A stretch of DNA of 64,000 nt from Nitrosarchaeum sp. (GCA_965223865.1 OZ245020.1:224001-288000), one strand, 5' to 3'. Positions 10,269 through 21,737 are shown, numbered from the stretch's first letter. Numbers and translations: made by a program. The notes: generated by a model not told the origin, from the letters alone.

Positions 10269-11180
10269 ATGAATTGTGACAGATGTGAAAATCAAGCAGT
10301 TTACACTCGTAAATATTCTGGAGAAAAATTATGTTCTTCATGTTTTTCCAAATCGATTTTAAGAAAAACCGCAAAAACGATTTCAAAATACAAAATGATT
10401 CAAAATAACGAACTTGTTGCAGTTGCAGTATCTGGTGGAAAGGATTCACTTGCATTACTTAAAATAATTAATGACATGTCTGCTACACATAATTTTAGAG
10501 TCAAGGCCATTACAATTGATGAAGGAATTCCTGGTTACAGAAATGAAGCCCTTGAGATTGTTGAGAACTTTTGTTCAGAATTAGGCATAGATCATAAAGC
10601 ATACTCTTACAAAGAATTATTTGATTTAACCTTGGATAATGCACTTGAATTACGAGAAAATGAAAACACTTCTTGTTCGATTTGTGGAACTCTAAGAAGA
10701 CGCGCAATTGATCATGCGGCAAAAGATATTGGTGCAGATGTGATTGCAACTGGCCACAATCTTGATGATACATTACAAACATTTGTAATCAATATGCTAT
10801 CAGGCGATACAAACAAAATCGGTTGGATGGATCCTGATAATTCTCAAAATTCTTTGAGAAAAATAAAACCATTTTGTGAAATTTATGAATCTGAAATTGT
10901 GTTTTATGCTTTTACAAACAATATTCCATTTCAATCAGAACCTTGTCCCCATATGAACGAAGGAATAAGAACTGAAATTAGAGAATTTCTAAATTCTTTG
11001 GAAAGTCAACATAGTGGAATTAAAAATAATTTGTATCAGTCTATTGTTAAAGTTTCACAAATTGTAAAGAATTCAGACTACAAGAAAAAGATACTTTGTC
11101 AAAAATGTGGTAATGAGTGTACTGGAAAAATATGTTCTGTTTGTAGTTTAGTTTTAAAACTAAAAGAAAATCAAACCTAA
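10269..11180 (+). CDS. tRNA 2-thiolation protein (TtuA/Ncs6 family)
   Basis: PP-loop SGGKDS, CSICG, TGHNLDD and N- and C-terminal Zn fingers. Confidence 0.9.
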   Translation: MNCDRCENQAVYTRKYSGEKLCSSCFSKSILRKTAKTISKYKMIQNNELVAVAVSGGKDSLALLKIINDMSATHNFRVKAITIDEGIPGYRNEALEIVENFCSELGIDHKAYSYKELFDLTLDNALELRENENTSCSICGTLRRRAIDHAAKDIGADVIATGHNLDDTLQTFVINMLSGDTNKIGWMDPDNSQNSLRKIKPFCEIYESEIVFYAFTNNIPFQSEPCPHMNEGIRTEIREFLNSLESQHSGIKNNLYQSIVKVSQIVKNSDYKKKILCQKCGNECTGKICSVCSLVLKLKENQT

Positions 11181-11211
11181 TGCAAATATAATATACATTT
11201 GTAGAAAAATC

Positions 11212-11527
11212 GGTAGTAGGTAGGATCGGGGTGCTAGCCGTGCCCTTTTCTGAAACCGGCTATATGCAGAGATCAGTAACTGTTGGGTAAATCTCTAGAT
11301 TGGTAATTCCCGCTTGGTGTGCGGAAATGAAATCACGCCGAGGCGGGTGGTTGCAGGACTAGAATTATCCGAAGGGATGACTTCTAAGACCGAACCATCG
11401 AAAGGGATGAGGTCCGGGAGGGAGCAATCCTAAGGTGGAGCATCCACGCTTCCTCGTCAACGTGGCGGATCTTGTATGCCTTGAAATGGGGCTATCTGTC
11501 TAGACTGGAACCAACAGATCTACTACC
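11212..11527 (+). ncRNA. ffs: Archaeal SRP (7S) RNA
   Basis: GC-rich intergenic ~316 nt with terminal helix GGTAGTAG/CTACTACC, helix-8 motif AGGTCCGGGAGGGAGCA and Alu-domain-like GAAACCGGCTATATGC. Confidence 0.9.
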
Positions 11528-11556
11528 TTTATTATTAAAAATAGATTTTCAATTGT

Positions 11557-11889
11557 ATGGAAGGTCTTGTGTCTTTTGGTAACAAAAGAAGATATAATGA
11601 TTTTAAGAGGCAAATCCCTCCTGCAACTCAACCCTTTTTCGATCTAATTAGAAAATATTGTCTTTCTTTAGGAGAAAATGTTGTAGAAGATGTTAGAATG
11701 CACAGAATTGTTTTTGGAAAATCAATAACCTTCAGATGGTTTGCAGATGTTAAACCAGAAAAAGATGGAATAATAATCAAAATTCAGAAAAACCGTAAGA
11801 TACCACCTGAAATTTTTCAGCTAAAAAATGATCAAAAAAATCTAGAATTCATGGATTTAATTAAAAATGCCTTTGAGGAAATTCGTTAG
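11557..11889 (+). CDS. Hypothetical protein (DUF5655-like)
   Basis: 110-aa ORF; FDLIRKYCLSLGENVVED...FADV pattern. Confidence 0.6.
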   Translation: MEGLVSFGNKRRYNDFKRQIPPATQPFFDLIRKYCLSLGENVVEDVRMHRIVFGKSITFRWFADVKPEKDGIIIKIQKNRKIPPEIFQLKNDQKNLEFMDLIKNAFEEIR

Positions 11890-12164
11890 TATAAAACATC
11901 AAATTTTGTAAATTCGCCTGTAAATTTTTCATTAATAATTTCTACATCTTCTACTCTAGCATTAGCTGGTCCTCCATGAGACCATTCAATTAATCGGCTA
12001 ACTTTTTCATCTTCACCCTCCAAAACAGCTTCAACTCTCCCATCTTTGAGATTTTTTACCCATCCAAATACACTATTTTTTTTTGCCATTACTTTAAGGG
12101 CTTGACGAAAAAATACTCCCTGAACTTTCCCGGTAACAAAGATTCGAATTCTTTGTTTTGACAT
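11886..12164 (-). CDS. acyP: Acylphosphatase
   Basis: VTGKVQGVFFR, GWVKNLKDGRVE and GPANARV motifs. Confidence 0.95.
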   Translation of the reverse strand: MSKQRIRIFVTGKVQGVFFRQALKVMAKKNSVFGWVKNLKDGRVEAVLEGEDEKVSRLIEWSHGGPANARVEDVEIINEKFTGEFTKFDVLY

Positions 12165-12214
12165 GAAAAAATTATTACATTTTGCTATTAATCAAGTTTA
12201 GGAAGGTTTTGAAA

Positions 12215-12949
12215 TTACTTTCTCTCTTTTATTCTTGCTCTACCAGTCTTTCTGGCAGCAATGCTTCCAACTTTAGCACCTGGAGGAGCATCTCTTGATA
12301 CAGTTGAACTTTGTCCTACATGTTGATGTCGTCCACCACCGTGTGGGTGTACATAAGCTGCTTGTGCAACACCCCTAACAATTGGGTATTTTTTTCCTTT
12401 TGCTTTAAAATTTCTCCATTTTCCACCAGCACTCATAAATGGTCTTTCACTAACACCGCCTCCAGCAAGAGTTCCAATCATTGCTCGATTTTTAGGATTA
12501 ACTGTAGTAAATTTTCCAGATGGAAGTTTTATGGTAACACCATCATCTCCATGAGAAAATATTGTTGCATTAGTTCCAGCAGATTTTACAATCGCACCGC
12601 CATCACCAAAATGCTTTTCTACATTACAAACAATAGTTCCATCTGGAATATTTTGAACGCTAATAACATTACCTTGTTCAATTTTTGATTTTAATCCAAA
12701 GTGTAAAGTTGAGCCCACCCTAGTTCCAAGAATTGCTGGAATAAATGACATCGAACCGTCTTCAAATCTAACTTTGGCAAGAGGTGCTTCTCTACCGCGT
12801 TCATGTACCAAGTCAATAACCAAGCCTTCATGTTGCTCAGAAAGTGAAAATCGTGGATATTTTGCCTTAGTTCCTACTTTACCAGTAGCTGTTGATCTAA
12901 ATTGAGAACCTCCACGGCCACGTCTTCTTACTAATGGTCTCTTACCCAA
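12215..12949 (-). CDS. rpl2: 50S ribosomal protein uL2
   Basis: MGKR...RRGRG and VRGVAQAAYVHPHGGG motifs. Confidence 0.97.
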   Translation of the reverse strand: MGKRPLVRRRGRGGSQFRSTATGKVGTKAKYPRFSLSEQHEGLVIDLVHERGREAPLAKVRFEDGSMSFIPAILGTRVGSTLHFGLKSKIEQGNVISVQNIPDGTIVCNVEKHFGDGGAIVKSAGTNATIFSHGDDGVTIKLPSGKFTTVNPKNRAMIGTLAGGGVSERPFMSAGGKWRNFKAKGKKYPIVRGVAQAAYVHPHGGGRHQHVGQSSTVSRDAPPGAKVGSIAARKTGRARIKERK

Positions 12950-13054
12950 GTAGATCGTTTTCTAATCATTAAGGATTTTAAGCTTGTGATTATACTCGTG
13001 TTATTTAGAGAAATTACCACAAAGATATAAAAATTAGACAGGGGATTTTTCTTT

Positions 13055-15241
13055 ATGAGTCAAAATGCACTTTCTCTCAAAGTTCTAGAAGCATATACAC
13101 GAGATGTTGGTAGAGGAGTAGCAAGAATTGACTATGATTCAATGGATACACTAAATGCCTCAACTGGAGATGTAATTGAGATTAAAGGTAAGAGAAGAAC
13201 AGTAGCAAAATGTCTTCCACTTTATCCTTCAGATGAAGGTAAAGGAATTATCAGAATTGATGGACTTGGTCGTAATAATTCAGGAATTGCAATAGGTGAT
13301 ACAATAACTGTAAGAAAAATTAAAGCAGTAGCAGCTGAAAAAGTCGTAGTAGCTCCCTTAGAAGCTATTCCTCCAATTGATGAGCGCTATCTTGCAGATG
13401 CATTAGAAAGCGTACCATTAATCAAAGGAGATAATGTAATGGTTCCATACTTTGGAGGCCGTTTAACTTTTCAAGTAATAGGTGTCACTCCAGCAGCTGA
13501 TGCAGTTCTAGTTACTCAAAAAACTGTTTTCCACATTGCCGAAAAAGGAGAAACATTGCGTGGTGTACCTCAAGTAACCTATGAAGACATTGGTGGATTA
13601 ACTGATGAAATCAAAAAAGTACGTGAAATGATTGAGTTACCTCTAAGACATCCAGAAATTTTTGAAAAACTAGGAATTGAAGCTCCAAAAGGGGTTTTGC
13701 TTTATGGTCCTCCAGGTACTGGTAAGACATTACTAGCTAAAGCAGTTGCAAATGAAAGTAATGCCCATTTCATTAGTATTTCAGGTCCTGAAATTATGAG
13801 TAAATTTTATGGTGAAAGTGAAGCAAGGTTAAGAGAAATTTTCAAGGAAGCTAGAGAAAAGGCTCCATCAATTATTTTCGTGGATGAAATTGATTCTATT
13901 GCTCCAAAAAGAGAAGAGGTTACAGGTGAAGTAGAGAGAAGAGTTGTTTCACAGATGTTATCTTTAATGGATGGATTAGAAGCTAGAGGTAAGGTAATTG
14001 TTATTTCAGCAACCAATAGACCAAACGCAATCGATCCTGCTCTTAGAAGACCAGGAAGATTTGATAGAGAGATAGAGATTAAGGTTCCAGACAAAAAGGG
14101 AAGAAAAGACATTCTTGCAATCCATAGCAGAAATATGCCATTATCAGATGATGTTAATCTTGATAAGATTTCATCTGTTAGCCATGGGTATGTAGGAGCT
14201 GACTTGGAATATCTCTGTAAGGAGGGAGCAATGAAATGTCTCAGAAGATTGCTTCCAGAACTAAACCTTGAAGAAGAAAAGATTCCACCTGAGACTCTTG
14301 ATAAGTTAGTTGTAAATCATGAAGACTTTCAAAAAGCACTGATTGAAGTTACACCCTCAGGAATGAGAGAAGTTTTCATTGAAAACCCAGATGTAAAATG
14401 GGAAGAAGTTGGTGGATTAGAAGATGTAAAACGTGAACTTCAAGAAGCTGTTGAATGGCCAATGAAGTATCCTGGATTATATGATAAATTAGGACATAAT
14501 ATGCCAAGAGGAATTTTGTTACACGGACCAAGTGGAACTGGAAAAACCTTACTGGCAAAAGCAGTTGCAACTCAAAGTGAAGCAAATTTTGTTTCAGTTA
14601 GAGGTCCTGAATTACTCTCCAAATGGGTAGGAGAATCAGAAAGAGGAATTAGAGAGATCTTCAAAAGAGCAAGACAATCAGCACCTTGTGTAGTATTCTT
14701 TGATGAAATTGATTCGATTGCTCCAATTAGAGGAGCAGGCGGAGAGACAGCAGTTACAGAAAGAGTTGTCAGTCAATTACTTACAGAGTTGGATGGAATG
14801 GAGAACATGCACGGAGTAGTTGTCTTAGCTGCTACAAATAGAGCAGATATGATTGATCCTGCATTATTACGACCAGGAAGATTTGATAAAATTATTCAGA
14901 TTCCACTGCCAGATAAAGAAAGTAGAAAGAGTATATTGAAGATCAACGCTGAAAAAATTCCAACAATTAGTGACAAAAACGATCCACAACATGTTGATTT
15001 TGAGAAACTTGCAGATATGACTGATGGGTTGAGTGGTGCCGATACAGCAGCTATTGCAAATACTGCAGTATCTTTAGTCATTCATGAATTCTTAGACTCT
15101 CATCCAGACGTTAAAGATGTTGAGAAAAAGAGCATTGATGCCAAAGTTACCATGAAACAATTTGAAGAGGCAGTAAAGAAAGTAAGAGAACAAAAAGACC
15201 TCAAGATGGGCGAAAAACTAGTAGCATCCTATTACAGGTAG
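13055..15241 (+). CDS. cdc48: CDC48/VCP AAA+ ATPase
   Basis: N-domain plus two AAA modules ([22 protein letters not shown]). Confidence 0.97.
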   Translation: MSQNALSLKVLEAYTRDVGRGVARIDYDSMDTLNASTGDVIEIKGKRRTVAKCLPLYPSDEGKGIIRIDGLGRNNSGIAIGDTITVRKIKAVAAEKVVVAPLEAIPPIDERYLADALESVPLIKGDNVMVPYFGGRLTFQVIGVTPAADAVLVTQKTVFHIAEKGETLRGVPQVTYEDIGGLTDEIKKVREMIELPLRHPEIFEKLGIEAPKGVLLYGPPGTGKTLLAKAVANESNAHFISISGPEIMSKFYGESEARLREIFKEAREKAPSIIFVDEIDSIAPKREEVTGEVERRVVSQMLSLMDGLEARGKVIVISATNRPNAIDPALRRPGRFDREIEIKVPDKKGRKDILAIHSRNMPLSDDVNLDKISSVSHGYVGADLEYLCKEGAMKCLRRLLPELNLEEEKIPPETLDKLVVNHEDFQKALIEVTPSGMREVFIENPDVKWEEVGGLEDVKRELQEAVEWPMKYPGLYDKLGHNMPRGILLHGPSGTGKTLLAKAVATQSEANFVSVRGPELLSKWVGESERGIREIFKRARQSAPCVVFFDEIDSIAPIRGAGGETAVTERVVSQLLTELDGMENMHGVVVLAATNRADMIDPALLRPGRFDKIIQIPLPDKESRKSILKINAEKIPTISDKNDPQHVDFEKLADMTDGLSGADTAAIANTAVSLVIHEFLDSHPDVKDVEKKSIDAKVTMKQFEEAVKKVREQKDLKMGEKLVASYYR

Positions 15242-15274
15242 TTTTTATTAAATAGCCAAAACTAATCCTCGTAA

Positions 15275-16564
15275 ATGTCTGATTTTAGAGGGTATACTGG
15301 TAAATCACTGGAATTTCTAAAAAACAACAATATCAAGATAGGAGATTCTGTAAAAATTCTTGCAGATATTTCATATTCAGGAATTATTATGCCCAGATAT
15401 GAGCACAGTGATGACAAACACCTTGTTCTTAAACTAAAAAGTGGATACAACGTTGGATTAGAATTAGATAAAGTAGAAAAAGTAGAAAAAATTCCTTCTG
15501 ATGAAAAAAAGGTAGAGCATAAAAATAATATTGAAAAAAATCCTTCTTTACCTAAAATTCTTTTGTTATCTACAGGTGGAACAATTGCAAGTAAGGTAGA
15601 CTATAGAACAGGAGCAGTAACTCCTGTTTTAACAGCTGAGGAATTAAATTCCTCTGTTCCAGAACTTGCCAAAATAGCAAATATTGAGGCCGAAGTGTTA
15701 TTCTCTGAATATTCAGAAAATATTATGCCTGATCATTGGCTAAAAATTGCCGACAAACTAGATCAATACAGTAAATCAGATTATGCAGGAATTATTGTAG
15801 CGCATGGTACAGATACAATGCATTACACTTCGTCATTTCTATCATTTGCTTTATCAGGATATCCAATTCCAATAGCACTAGTTGGTTCGCAAAGATCTTC
15901 AGACCGTGCATCCTCTGATGCTGCACTAAATCTTATTGGAGCAGCTAGATTTCTTGTAGAATGTAAAACAAATGGAGTATACGTTGTAATGCATCAAGAT
16001 GAAAATGATGGAATAATTGCATGTCACTTTGGAACAAGAGTAAGAAAAAATCATACTAGTAAACGAGGTGCATTTCAAACAATAGGAGATGTTCCCGCCT
16101 TTACTGTTGAAAATGATAAAATTCATAGAAACAATATGAAAAACTTTTTTGAGAAAAAAGAATACCGACCTAAAATTAATCTTAAAACAAATGTTGCATT
16201 GATAAAATATTATCCAGGATTTGATCCGGAACTGTTAGAGAAAGTTTTAGAGATGAATTATCAAGCAATAATTCTTGAAGGGACAGGACTTGGGCATGTT
16301 GGTAAGACAATTTATGATAAAGTAAAAAAAGCAAATGAAAAAGGCATTTTTGTAGGCATGACATCGCAGTGTATTGACGGTAGAGTAAGAATGACAGTTT
16401 ATGAAAGCGGCAGAGATTTACTTGATTTAGGAATAATTCCTTTAGAAGATATGATTCCTGAAGTAGCCCTTGTAAAAGCCATGTGGGGATTGGGAAATTC
16501 TAACAATATAGAGGAACTAAGAAAAATTATGCTGGAAAATATTGCATCAGAGATATCAAATTGA
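15275..16564 (+). CDS. gatD: Glu-tRNA(Gln) amidotransferase subunit D
   Basis: LKLKSGYNVG, TGGTIAS, HGTDT and GSQRSSDR motifs; adjacent to gatE. Confidence 0.96.
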   Translation: MSDFRGYTGKSLEFLKNNNIKIGDSVKILADISYSGIIMPRYEHSDDKHLVLKLKSGYNVGLELDKVEKVEKIPSDEKKVEHKNNIEKNPSLPKILLLSTGGTIASKVDYRTGAVTPVLTAEELNSSVPELAKIANIEAEVLFSEYSENIMPDHWLKIADKLDQYSKSDYAGIIVAHGTDTMHYTSSFLSFALSGYPIPIALVGSQRSSDRASSDAALNLIGAARFLVECKTNGVYVVMHQDENDGIIACHFGTRVRKNHTSKRGAFQTIGDVPAFTVENDKIHRNNMKNFFEKKEYRPKINLKTNVALIKYYPGFDPELLEKVLEMNYQAIILEGTGLGHVGKTIYDKVKKANEKGIFVGMTSQCIDGRVRMTVYESGRDLLDLGIIPLEDMIPEVALVKAMWGLGNSNNIEELRKIMLENIASEISN

Positions 16565-16575
16565 GGTGATTATGA

Positions 16576-18480
16576 ATGTCTAGTTTTTCTATAGAAGATA
16601 TCGGATTAAAGGTTGGTCTTGAAATACATCAACAGTTAGCTACAAACAAAAAGCTATTTTGTAATTGTTTACCAGTAGAGTCAGAAGAATATACATTAAA
16701 TTTTCAGAGAAAATTAAGAGCAGTAAAAAGTGAATTAGGGCATTATGATCCGGCAGCATTATTTGAAAAATCAAAATCTAAAACAATCAGGTATTTTGCA
16801 AATCCTCAAAGTAGTTGTCTAGTTGAACAAGATGAAGAACCACCTCATGATTTAGATGAAGATGCAAAAAAATTGGCACTGGTTATTGCTTCATCATTAC
16901 ATTCACATGTCTTTTCAGAAATTTATCCCATGAGAAAAACTGTAATTGATGGTTCAAACACTACTGGATTTCAAAGAACCATGTTGATTTCTCAGGGAGG
17001 ATTCATTGAAGTAGATAATGAAAAAGTTGGTGTGCAGTCAATATGTTTGGAAGAAGATGCAGCAAAGCTTCTTGGTGACAAAGGTTCTATTCGAGAATAC
17101 AGTTTAGATCGTCTTGGAGTACCATTAGTGGAGATTGCTTTAGAGCCAGTACAAGGAGAGGCAAAAAAAATTAAAAATATCGCATTATCTCTTGGCAGAC
17201 TTTTACGCAGTACCAAAAAGGTTACACGCGGAATAGGATCAATTAGGCAAGACGTTAATGTATCTGTAAAAAATGGTGGAGGGGTTGCTGAAGTTAAAGG
17301 AGTTCAACAATTAGATCAATTAGAAAAAGTGGTAGAATTTGAGGCTAAAAGACAACATGGATTAGTAAAAATAGCTGAAAAAATACAAAAATCAAATTTT
17401 GAGGACATTTCAAAAGAAAGTGATGTTTTTGATATTACTGAAAAATGGAAGGAGTGCAAATCAAAAATTATTCAAAAAGCACTAAAGGAGAGTTTTAGAA
17501 TCAAAGTAATTCGCATAAAGAATTTTGCAGGAATGTTTGAATTTTCTCCATATGAAGGCATTAGATTAGGAAAAGAAATTGGGCAACTGGTAAAATTTTT
17601 TGGAATTGGTGGAGTCTTTCATTCGGATGAGTTACCAAACTATGGAATTGAGGAAAGTGATATTTCTGTTGTAAAAAATATAATTAAAACAAACAAAAAT
17701 GATGCATTTTTAATTATTGCAGCGCCATCAGAAAAAATTGATTTTGCAATAGATTCTATAATTAATAGAATAAGAGAGGCAAAAAAGGGCGTCCCTGCTG
17801 AAACCAGATTAGCCACTCAAATAGGAGAAACAGTATTTCTTCGACCTCGTCCAGGTGCATCAAGAATGTATCCTGAAACAGATATTCCTCCACTTATTAT
17901 TACACAAAAAGAGTTAGATTATGCAAAAAATAACATTCCAAAATCCTGGGATGAATCTCTTGCAGAAATAATTAGTAAATATAACTTGAATCAACAACTA
18001 GCTGAACAAATTTTTGATTCACAATATATTGAATTATTTGAAAAAATAACTCAAAGAGTTAAAGTAAATCCTACATTTGTTGCATCAATTCTTTGTTCCA
18101 CAATAACTAATCTAGAAAGAAATGGGTTGAATTCTCAATTATTATCAAACAATGAAATCTTAAAATCATTTGAGTTACTAGAATCTGAAAAAATTGCCAA
18201 AGAGTCAATAGAAATGATCTATGAAAATATTATGGCTGGAAAAGCAAATTCTATTGAAGAAGCAATGATAAATGTATCAATTGAGACTGTAAACAAGGAC
18301 GAATTAGAACAAATTTTGGAAAAAATTGTTGAGAGTAACAAGGATATGATTAAAAATCAAAAAGAAAGAGCAATTGGTCCATTAATGGGAATGACAATGA
18401 AGGAATTACGAGGAAAAGCATCAGGCGAGATGGTAAACTCTATACTTTTGAAAAAGATCAATAGCGTTTTAGAAAATTAA
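16576..18480 (+). CDS. gatE: Glu-tRNA(Gln) amidotransferase subunit E
   Basis: GLEIHQQL, DGSNTTGFQRT, HSDELP and RPRPGASRMYPETD motifs. Confidence 0.96.
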   Translation: MSSFSIEDIGLKVGLEIHQQLATNKKLFCNCLPVESEEYTLNFQRKLRAVKSELGHYDPAALFEKSKSKTIRYFANPQSSCLVEQDEEPPHDLDEDAKKLALVIASSLHSHVFSEIYPMRKTVIDGSNTTGFQRTMLISQGGFIEVDNEKVGVQSICLEEDAAKLLGDKGSIREYSLDRLGVPLVEIALEPVQGEAKKIKNIALSLGRLLRSTKKVTRGIGSIRQDVNVSVKNGGGVAEVKGVQQLDQLEKVVEFEAKRQHGLVKIAEKIQKSNFEDISKESDVFDITEKWKECKSKIIQKALKESFRIKVIRIKNFAGMFEFSPYEGIRLGKEIGQLVKFFGIGGVFHSDELPNYGIEESDISVVKNIIKTNKNDAFLIIAAPSEKIDFAIDSIINRIREAKKGVPAETRLATQIGETVFLRPRPGASRMYPETDIPPLIITQKELDYAKNNIPKSWDESLAEIISKYNLNQQLAEQIFDSQYIELFEKITQRVKVNPTFVASILCSTITNLERNGLNSQLLSNNEILKSFELLESEKIAKESIEMIYENIMAGKANSIEEAMINVSIETVNKDELEQILEKIVESNKDMIKNQKERAIGPLMGMTMKELRGKASGEMVNSILLKKINSVLEN

Positions 18481-18484
18481 TGTA

Positions 18485-18501
18485 TGCGGGAAGTGGGATT
18501 T
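18485..18501. repeat. Degenerate att site (copy of tRNA-Leu 3' end)
   Basis: TGCGGGAAGTGGGATTT versus TGCGGGAGGTGGGATTT at 50139-50155: 16/17 identical, same orientation. Confidence 0.8.
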
Positions 18502-18647
18502 AGGCTCTACATGTAGGGAATTAACATCATTTTCTAAAATTGTACAATGAAAAACCGTCTTGTTCATTTAAAGTCATATTTGTTTAAAAGGATAACGTTA
18601 TTGAGATTTGAAACTATAATTGAAATTTGATTGGAAGCACTACATGC

Positions 18648-20054
18648 TTAGGGGATGTAAACTGTATCCTCATCTATTTTGGTGTGTTTTGAAACCTTTG
18701 AATCTGTTTTCTTTTTTAGATCATCAAGATATCTGCTTATCATTGCAATTCCATCTACAATTTTTGGTGCATTGCTTTTAACAAACTCTATCTTATCTGA
18801 ACTTGTCTTGGGAGGATTATTGATATAATCCTCCATTGCCTTTTTGCCGTTATAATCAACAAATGCGATTCTGGCACTAAAGTCAGTTCTCTCCAAAACT
18901 AGGCTGTCACCTCCAACCAAGGCAGTATGATATGGATGCTGAATCAAGGATTCGGAGAATTTCTGTGAGGTTGTTATCTTGTTTGCAAGAAGATCATCTT
19001 TGTATGCATTAAAATTGGCCAACAGATAAAATGTAGATTCAGGCTTGGTGGTCTTTACTCCTTCAATCTCATTTAACGCATTGTATGTGTATCCTCCCAT
19101 AATTTGGTGAATTCTCCTTGTTATCTCAAAATATTCTTCCATCTCTATGCTTTCAGAAAAGCCTGCTATAGCAGCATGTTGAATTGGTGTGGAGGTAGCC
19201 GTATATTCAGTTGCAAGAATCTTCTTGAACTGTTGTTTGAGTTCAGTGGCGTGTTGTGGAAATATCACATATCCTAATCTGTATCCTCCAGCTGCATGAG
19301 ATTTTGAGAGACCATTTGTGACAAAAGTTCCCTCAGGATATATCTTTCCCATGCTTACAAATTTGTTGATGTCATATGTTGTAAGAGCATAAATCTCATC
19401 TGAAATAACAAGAATGTTATGCTTCCTGCAAACATCGGTTATCTCTTCTAATTCGAGTTGTGTGTACACCAGTCCAGTTGGGTTGTTTGGGTTATTTAGA
19501 ATCAAGATCTTTTGCCTGTCATGTAATCGCAAAGTAAGATGTTCGAGCTCATTTGGAGTTATCTTTCCAGTTTTGGCAACATGTAACATGTGATAATTTT
19601 TCTTTAAAAATCGGATCTGTGGCAAATATCCAAGCCATGCAGGAGTTGGAAGTATGACTGTACCATGTAAAATTTCCAACAGATTAAAGATAAGCTCCTT
19701 TGTTCCAGGTCCAACATAGACTCTCCTAGGATCAACATCTATCTGGAAATTCCTCTTATTATACTGGGATATTGCCTCTCTAAGATCTTGGATTCCTGAA
19801 ACGCCTGCATATGCCCCCTTGTCAGCATTTTCTATTAGTGCTTTTTTTACAGGTTCAGGTACAGGAAAAGGAGACTGACCAAAGGCAAAACCATAAAATC
19901 CAAAACTGCATTCAGGATGTGGACAATCTGAATGAAACTCTTGTAAGAAAGTGTTTAGCTTGAGATTTTCTGGCATCTCAATGTCTTCTACCTGTTGGTC
20001 AATTACGAATTTTGTCAAATCCTGTATCTCTTTATTCAGCCTCTTCAGAATCAA
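18648..20054 (-). CDS. PLP-dependent class I/II aminotransferase (start may be slightly downstream)
   Basis: GQSPFPVP, NNPNNPTG, SDEIY and GLSKSHAAGGYRLG (PLP-binding lysine). Confidence 0.9.
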   Translation of the reverse strand: MILKRLNKEIQDLTKFVIDQQVEDIEMPENLKLNTFLQEFHSDCPHPECSFGFYGFAFGQSPFPVPEPVKKALIENADKGAYAGVSGIQDLREAISQYNKRNFQIDVDPRRVYVGPGTKELIFNLLEILHGTVILPTPAWLGYLPQIRFLKKNYHMLHVAKTGKITPNELEHLTLRLHDRQKILILNNPNNPTGLVYTQLELEEITDVCRKHNILVISDEIYALTTYDINKFVSMGKIYPEGTFVTNGLSKSHAAGGYRLGYVIFPQHATELKQQFKKILATEYTATSTPIQHAAIAGFSESIEMEEYFEITRRIHQIMGGYTYNALNEIEGVKTTKPESTFYLLANFNAYKDDLLANKITTSQKFSESLIQHPYHTALVGGDSLVLERTDFSARIAFVDYNGKKAMEDYINNPPKTSSDKIEFVKSNAPKIVDGIAMISRYLDDLKKKTDSKVSKHTKIDEDTVYIP

Positions 20055-20115
20055 TCTGATATATTATCTTCACTATATCTTTCCAAAATTTGATTCATTC
20101 ATCTGAAATGGATTT

Positions 20116-20205
20116 TTAGTGAGTCTTTTCATGTGTTATTACTTTTTCAAAAGTATCAATATTTCTCTCCCAGTGAAAGATGCAATTCTTGCAATGATAT
20201 TTCAT
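20116..20205 (-). CDS. C2H2 zinc-finger microprotein (MKYHCKNCIFHWERNIDTFEKVITHEKTH)
   Basis: Hand translation. CxxC...HxxxH; paralogue at 24217-24366; ATGA overlap with the upstream ORF. Confidence 0.65.
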   Translation of the reverse strand: MKYHCKNCIFHWERNIDTFEKVITHEKTH

Positions 20206-20309
20206 TGTAACTTGTCCTCCCTTCTAAGAAATTGCTTTGAGACGCTAGCAATAGCATTGTAAATTCTGTATTCTGCAATGTACAATGAGGTCTTAATTGT
20301 TTCTAACAT
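20202..20309 (-). CDS. 35-aa microprotein (MLETIKTSLYIAEYRIY...)
   Basis: Homologous to 24363-24473 (MMLETIETSLYLLKYRVY...); preceded by AGGAGG. Confidence 0.55.
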   Translation of the reverse strand: MLETIKTSLYIAEYRIYNAIASVSKQFLRREDKLQ

Positions 20310-20473
20310 GTTTCAGGATCATCCTCCTTTGCAAGTATCCAAGACAGACCCATCATGTCCATGGCAGAAATATTGCCATCGGATGGGGAAAGGAGTCTAG
20401 TCTTCCTCTCCCCATCCATTACAAGAGATGACTGGTCGGATTTCTGAGTGTTTAGTATGATTTGTTGCATCAT
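20303..20473 (-). CDS. Leaderless 56-aa leader ORF containing a strong hairpin
   Basis: ATG lies ~23 nt below a TATA-like CTTAATAC. Homologous to 24474-24629. Hairpin at 20381-20417. Confidence 0.4.
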   Translation of the reverse strand: MMQQIILNTQKSDQSSLVMDGERKTRLLSPSDGNISAMDMMGLSWILAKEDDPETC

Positions 20474-20558
20474 GGAATGATTATGAAACAAGTCAGTATT
20501 AAGGCAGGAAAATTTTGATTTGAGATGATCCGTCGATAGCTGGTTGATTAAATTCTGA

Positions 20559-20879
20559 ATGAAATCAACCCTTACTTGGATTAATAGAAACGTCATCCGT
20601 GTTTGCAACAAGGTAAACAAAACCTTTGGAGGTGAAAACAACAATGTTGCCGACAAATCACTGTATACCGTGATTTTAGTAGCCACTATCTTGGCTTACC
20701 ACTTTCACACATCACACCTAAACCACGATGACAACGAACACGATCACAAAACCGACGTACTAAAGGTCAAAAACGTCTCGTGCGAAGGCGGTGCATGTGA
20801 TGAAAAAAACGATCATAACCATGATCACAAGAAGAGGAGAAAGACACAAACCATGAAAACATTTGGTTTGAACAAATAG
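20559..20879 (+). CDS. His-rich small protein with hydrophobic segment, possibly frameshifted at the 5' end
   Basis: LYTVILVATILA is followed by an H/D-rich tail. A GGAGGTGA RBS precedes an out-of-frame ATG at ~20644. T-rich terminator follows. Confidence 0.4.
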   Translation: MKSTLTWINRNVIRVCNKVNKTFGGENNNVADKSLYTVILVATILAYHFHTSHLNHDDNEHDHKTDVLKVKNVSCEGGACDEKNDHNHDHKKRRKTQTMKTFGLNK

Positions 20880-20946
20880 TTTTTCTCTATTTTTTTATTT
20901 TATACTACAATCAATGAAGCAACGATTCATTTTATTGATTGACAGG

Positions 20947-21210
20947 CTAGGCCACCACTATTACTGGCAACATATGCAACGCCCACCCAATCAATTCGCT
21001 TTTTTTGTGCTCCCACCTGTAGTGCTCAGCAGTGTGCCTCTTGTCTGCAAATCTTTCTGAATATGCACAAAATACGCACGAATCTGAGACATCACACAAG
21101 GCATGGATTATCTCTTCTCTGTGTCTTGCCAGATGGATAAGCCATTGGGTTTTGTCTGCTGTTACATGCCTCTCATTAAAGCAGTATGAGCACATGCCAG
21201 AGAGGTACAT
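20947..21210 (-). CDS. Tandem C2H2 zinc-finger protein (87 aa, start MYLSGM)
   Basis: CSYC...HLARH and CVFC...HYRWEH; TAATG overlap with the upstream Cys-rich ORF. Confidence 0.7.
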   Translation of the reverse strand: MYLSGMCSYCFNERHVTADKTQWLIHLARHREEIIHALCDVSDSCVFCAYSERFADKRHTAEHYRWEHKKSELIGWALHMLPVIVVA

Positions 21211-21380
21211 TATTGCTGTGCCACCTGAGATTTTTTCAGAGTCCAGAGATCTTGGTTGATTGCATGGCATTTGCAGTCTGGAGACTTTTCCTTGCAGGTT
21301 TTCTGATGCAGTTTTGCATCACATTTGTTGCATGAAGGATCTCTCCAAGACGCATTGTTTCCACAAGTTCCGCAGATCAT
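21210..21380 (-). CDS. Cys-rich microprotein (56 aa; MICGTC...CNKC...H...C...CKCH)
   Basis: Hand translation. Two CxxC plus CxCH; its stop overlaps the next start. Confidence 0.65.
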   Translation of the reverse strand: MICGTCGNNASWRDPSCNKCDAKLHQKTCKEKSPDCKCHAINQDLWTLKKSQVAQQ

Positions 21381-21737
21381 TTTTTGTATCTTCTAAAGAT
21401 TAATACTGTGTTTCCTGATAATTAAGGAGAATGAGAATTGATTTCATTTGAAATGAAAACAACTGGATTCATGCAAAAATAAAGTCATTATAAAAGCGGA
21501 TTAATTCATGATGTAAAGCAAAAAACGCTATTGGTTATTTACTCTTCATCAATTTTTGACTTTCTCTTTCTTCCCAAATTTGGACCTCCAAAGAAATCAT
21601 AACTATACAGGATAAAATCTAGAATGTTTTTGATAATAGTCAAAATGAAATCAACTGATTGTTCTCGTTTTGTATCAGTACAATTTCAAAATGTCTTTTT
21701 TAGACAAAGGTAACTCAAAGTGATTGAATGAAAATGA